DNA of 63,122 nt, counting the filler, from Ministeria vibrans ATCC 50519 (lineage: Eukaryota > Protista > Filasterea), in assembly GCA_943704425.1 (NCBI GenBank). It is 9 parts of 9 records of this genome, joined end to end, with 100 filler letters (N's around TTAATTAATTAA, not from the genome) between each part and the next. Parts side by side here need not be neighbours in the genome. Positions count along the whole stretch, not along the records: positions 59,383 to 61,488 come from CALSCP010001900.1; positions 61,589 to 63,122 come from CALSCP010000851.1; 7 more parts are not named here. One strand, given 5' to 3'. The translations under genes were made by a program, and so were the position numbers. This document shows, piece after piece, positions 59,423 to 63,122 of the stretch. The notes under the pieces were generated by a model. That model was not told the origin of the DNA. It worked only from the letters and a program-made list of their open reading frames with translations, and did no database searches. Positions within the stretch are counted from its first letter, which is position 1, and the number at the start of each line of letters is the position of its first letter.

Positions 59423-60976
59423 GACTTGTAAGTCCTCTGAAGTACGCACAGCCCAAGAAAGACAAGCCCACTGTGTATGGAATGTCTCATCAGACCTCAG
59501 ACAAATGGGAGATTGAGCGAACAGACATTCAACTCGGGTAAAAACTTGTTATTATATTTTGAAATGTCAAAAAATAATAATAAGACGTCAACTATTATTA
59601 TTATTTTTTATTATATCATTGTGGTATTGATAACATGTCTCTTTTTGGATAGTCGCAAGTTGGGACACGGACAATATGGAGATGTGTACGAGGGCAAATG
59701 GAAGAAATCAGTGCACGTTGCGGTCAAGACACTCAAAGAGGACACAATGGAGGTCAAGGAGTTCCTCGAGGAGGCGTCCATGATGAAGAACCTGCGCCAT
59801 CCCAACATCATCCAGCTCATGGGTGTCTGCACGCGAGAGCCTCCGTACTATGTTGGTACGGCGACCAAAAAAATAACCAAAAGTGTGTCTTCCCCCAGAC
59901 ACAAGAGAGGCACACACATAGATTCACACTCACACTCTTCACACATACATTCACATATACATACACCACACGCACACATACATACACACACACACACACT
60001 CTCTCTCTCTCTCTTGCCTTTTATTTTGACTGACTCTTGTTGCTCTGTCTGTGTAGTGACTGAGTTTATGAGCAAGGGCGATCTTCTCAACTTCCTGCGA
60101 AGCAGCGATGGTCAGAAGATGGCTGCTCGTGCCCTTATGTACTTTGCTGTCCAGATTGCTAGTGGTATGGGTTATTTGAAGCCGAATGAAGTTGTGCATG
60201 CGTCTTATTCTTGGGTTGTTATGAATATAGGAATGAAATATCTGGAAGAGAGGAACTTTTTGCATCGGTAAAAACAATAATTATTATAATAATAATAATA
60301 ATTCTGACGTTGCATATTTATTACGTAGTGATCTTGCGGCACGAAACTGTCTTGTGGGCGAAAACGACGAAGTGAAGATTGCGGATTTTGGATTGTCACG
60401 CATCACAGAGAACGAGTACACGGCACACGAAGGAGCCAAGTTCCCCATCAAGTGGACTGCTCCCGAGTCGCTGCTGTTCAACCGGTTCACGAGCAAGAGC
60501 GACTGCTGGTCGTATGGTGTGCTCCTGTGGGAGCTGGCAACATACGGAAGCTCACCTTACCCAGGTGTTGACCTGGGTGATGTGTTGGAGCAGTTGGAGG
60601 GTGGCTACCGCATGCCCAAGCCGGAGGGTACGAAACGCAACGGAGACGAGAATGAAAATATTTCGTTAATGTGTGTGTGCGTTGGTTAGGATGTCCTGAT
60701 GCGCTCTATGCGCTGATGAAGAAGTGCTGGGAGTGGGATGTGGCCGACCGACCGTCGTTTGCACAGATCAAGGATCTCCTCGAGACCATGTATGCCAGCG
60801 TCAACAAAGGTAGCCCAACTACAACGTTTCCCGTCTTGTGCAAGGATACACATCCACTCAACATACACTCTTTTTACCCTTCACAGATGTGTACAAGACA
60901 CTTGTGCGCGAAGGCAGCATCCGGCCCAAGAAGAGCACGCGCCGTGGCAAGCCTGGTGGTGCTGGTGCCGCTCGAG
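59423..60976 (+). CDS. ABL: Abl-family non-receptor tyrosine kinase, kinase domain and flanks, multi-exon fragment
   Basis: KPTVYG...[94 protein letters not shown]. Confidence 0.95.
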
Positions 60977-61388
60977 GTCAGCTGTGAAGTCCCACACTCG
61001 ACCGCATTTTCCCTCTTGTCTCTTGTTATGCGTTTTATTCATTTACCTTTCTTCTTTGTTGACGGTTTTGAGTGGGAGAGGTTCACTCTTTCCCCTTTCT
61101 CCGTGTTGTCTTTTTTTTTTGTGTGTGTGTGTGAATGAGTGTGTTGGAGAGCGAAAAAGTATGAAATTGAAAAGTGTCACCTTTTAAACTCGGTGTGAAT
61201 CAAGTCGCTCGTTAAAGACAGAAAACTGATAAAACCGAAAGGTGAAAAATTCTTAATCCTCAATACTCCGGAGTTTGAGTGGCGTGAGTTGCCTTGGTGG
61301 AGTCGACTCTCGAAGTCAACGTTGCGGATGAACCCCATCTATCGAGAGAGCGAAAGAGAAAGAGAAGAGAAAAATGAGAGAAAGAGAG

Positions 61389-61488
<100 letters not shown>

Positions 61489-61588
61489 NNNNNNNNNNNN
61501 NNNNNNNNNNNNNNNNNNNNNNNNNNNNNNNNTTAATTAATTAANNNNNNNNNNNNNNNNNNNNNNNNNNNNNNNNNNNNNNNNNNNN
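61489..61588. other. Artificial contig spacer
   Basis: N44-TTAATTAATTAA-N44. Confidence 0.99.
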
Positions 61589-61695
<107 letters not shown>

Positions 61696-61697
61696 AG

Positions 61698-62328
61698 TTG
61701 CCGGAAAGTGCTGTGCGGGACATGGTTGTGGCGACAATTGCGCTGAAGTACACACAGAGCAATTCGGTGTGCTATGCGTTGCATGGGCAGGTCGTGGGGC
61801 TGGGGGCTGGGCAGCAGTCGCGCATTCACTGCACGCGCCTTGCCGGCGACAAGGCCGATAACTGGTGGATGCGTCAGCACCCAGTTGTTCTTGGCATGCG
61901 CTTCCGCGAGAAGGTTTCGCGTGCCGAGAAGAGCAACGCCATTGACTGTTTTGTGCGTGATACGGTGGGCCAGGACATGAGCAACGAGAGCTTTGCGGCT
62001 GTCTTCGAGGAGGGACACGTGCCCCAACGCACCGACCTTGGTGCCGACGAGCGCAAGCAGTGGATGGCCAAGTTTGCAGGTTCGTCGTGACGGGCGCGGT
62101 TGTTGAAGCTTTTATACTGTATTCATTTTGATTGTTGCTCTGGCAGGTGTCTCCCTCTCGTCCGATGCCTTCTTTCCCTTCCGCGACAACATTGATCGGG
62201 CTCGCCAATCGGGTGTTGCCTATGTGGTCGCGCCTGCCGGCAGTGCGCGTGACGACGTGGTCATTGAGGCATGCGACGAGAACAACATGGTGCTTGTTCA
62301 CACTGATTTCCGTCTGTTTCACCATTAA
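61698..62328 (+). CDS. ATIC: AICAR transformylase/IMP cyclohydrolase, last two exons
   Basis: [49 protein letters not shown]. Confidence 0.97.
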
Positions 62329-62406
62329 TACAAACTATTGTTTTTCTGATTTTTCAAAATCATCTTTTTTTCTGCAATCTCTCTTGCTTTTGGGTGTGCA
62401 CGTTTG

Positions 62407-63104
62407 ATGATGGCTCTTCGTGTGGGGATTGCGTCGGCGGCGACAGCAGCGCGTCGCGTGCGGGGATATGCAAGCGGGCTGGCGGGGTTGGAGGCGCACC
62501 GTCCGTTGCTGCGCGAGGGCGTCAGCTACGCGTACGGCGGAGCGCAGCCCCCGCTGCTGCACGACACGGTCGGGGCCATGTTCAGCAAGCAGGCTGCGGC
62601 CTTTCCCGACCACGATGCTCTTGTTGCGTGCCACCAGGTCCGTTTCGTTTTGCCGTCGTTCCTTCAGTGACACTTCTGACTCATTATTGTGTGACCACAA
62701 CACACACACACAGGACATTCGCCGAAGCTTCGCTGAGCTGGATGCGGAAGCAACGACACTGGCCAAGGGTCTTCTGAGGCACGGCATGGCAAAGGGCGAT
62801 CGCCTTGGCGTGTGGCTTGGCAATTCGTACGAGTGGGCGGTAAGCAACTCGTTCCGTGACATAATTATGACAACTGTCTGTATGAAATGGATTTGCTTTG
62901 CTGGCTGTTGTTGATCTCGTTGTCTTGGAGACATCAACTGTGCGTTATGTTATATCGGTTTTGTTTTTTTGCATTGCCTTACACCTTTGTATTGAATGTG
63001 ACTTGTGTATGTAGATGTTGCAACTTGCCACGGCCAAGGCCGGCATCATATTGGTCAATGTGAATCCAGCATACCGCAGCAACGAATTGAGACATGCACT
63101 TTTG
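62407..63104 (+). CDS. ACSF2: Mitochondrial medium-chain acyl-CoA synthetase, ACSF2-like, 3'-truncated
   Basis: Presequence-like N-terminus; SY..G..PLL..TVG; KGDRLGVW.GNSYEW; QLATAKAGIILVNVNPAYR..EL. Confidence 0.82.
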
Positions 63105-63122
63105 GTAACTTTTTTTTTTTTT

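Overview
Eukaryotic nuclear DNA, not prokaryotic, and not one locus. It is nine contigs joined by eight artificial 100-nt spacers (N44-TTAATTAATTAA-N44): 1-15799, 15900-18014, 18115-20352, 20453-31112, 31213-47556, 47657-50407, 50508-59282, 59383-61488 and 61589-63122. Genes have GT-AG introns rich in microsatellites, so most ORF-track entries are exon fragments or shadow frames. Recognisable housekeeping and signalling genes are a TPR protein, Rubicon, LSM5, a visual/beta-type arrestin, an ALKBH4-like oxygenase, RalGAP-beta, TRM11, RPN2/PSMD1, CEP350, a myosin, an RNF213-like giant AAA+ ATPase, Abl kinase, ATIC and ACSF2. If the contigs share one source, this set suggests a unicellular relative of animals (inference). 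The most unusual items are: (1) a >2100-aa EGF-vWD-LamG single-pass receptor whose predicted cytoplasmic PLAT domain has a nucleic-acid-binding-type HA domain inserted in it, followed by a second PLAT and a tyrosine-motif tail; (2) an accessory contig with an intronless virus-type D5/SF3 helicase and adjacent 10-bp repeats, an Egalitarian/EXD1-like nuclease, a broken TPR array and an F-box-ankyrin gene whose repeats vary mainly at DARPin-like surface positions; (3) a junction of hAT remnant, fold-back hairpin, (TTAGGG)4 and a truncated RNase H-bearing retroelement; (4) a His-brace LPMO-like domain fused to a probable beta-propeller. All calls come from motif recognition by eye; no searches were run and exon boundaries are manual.
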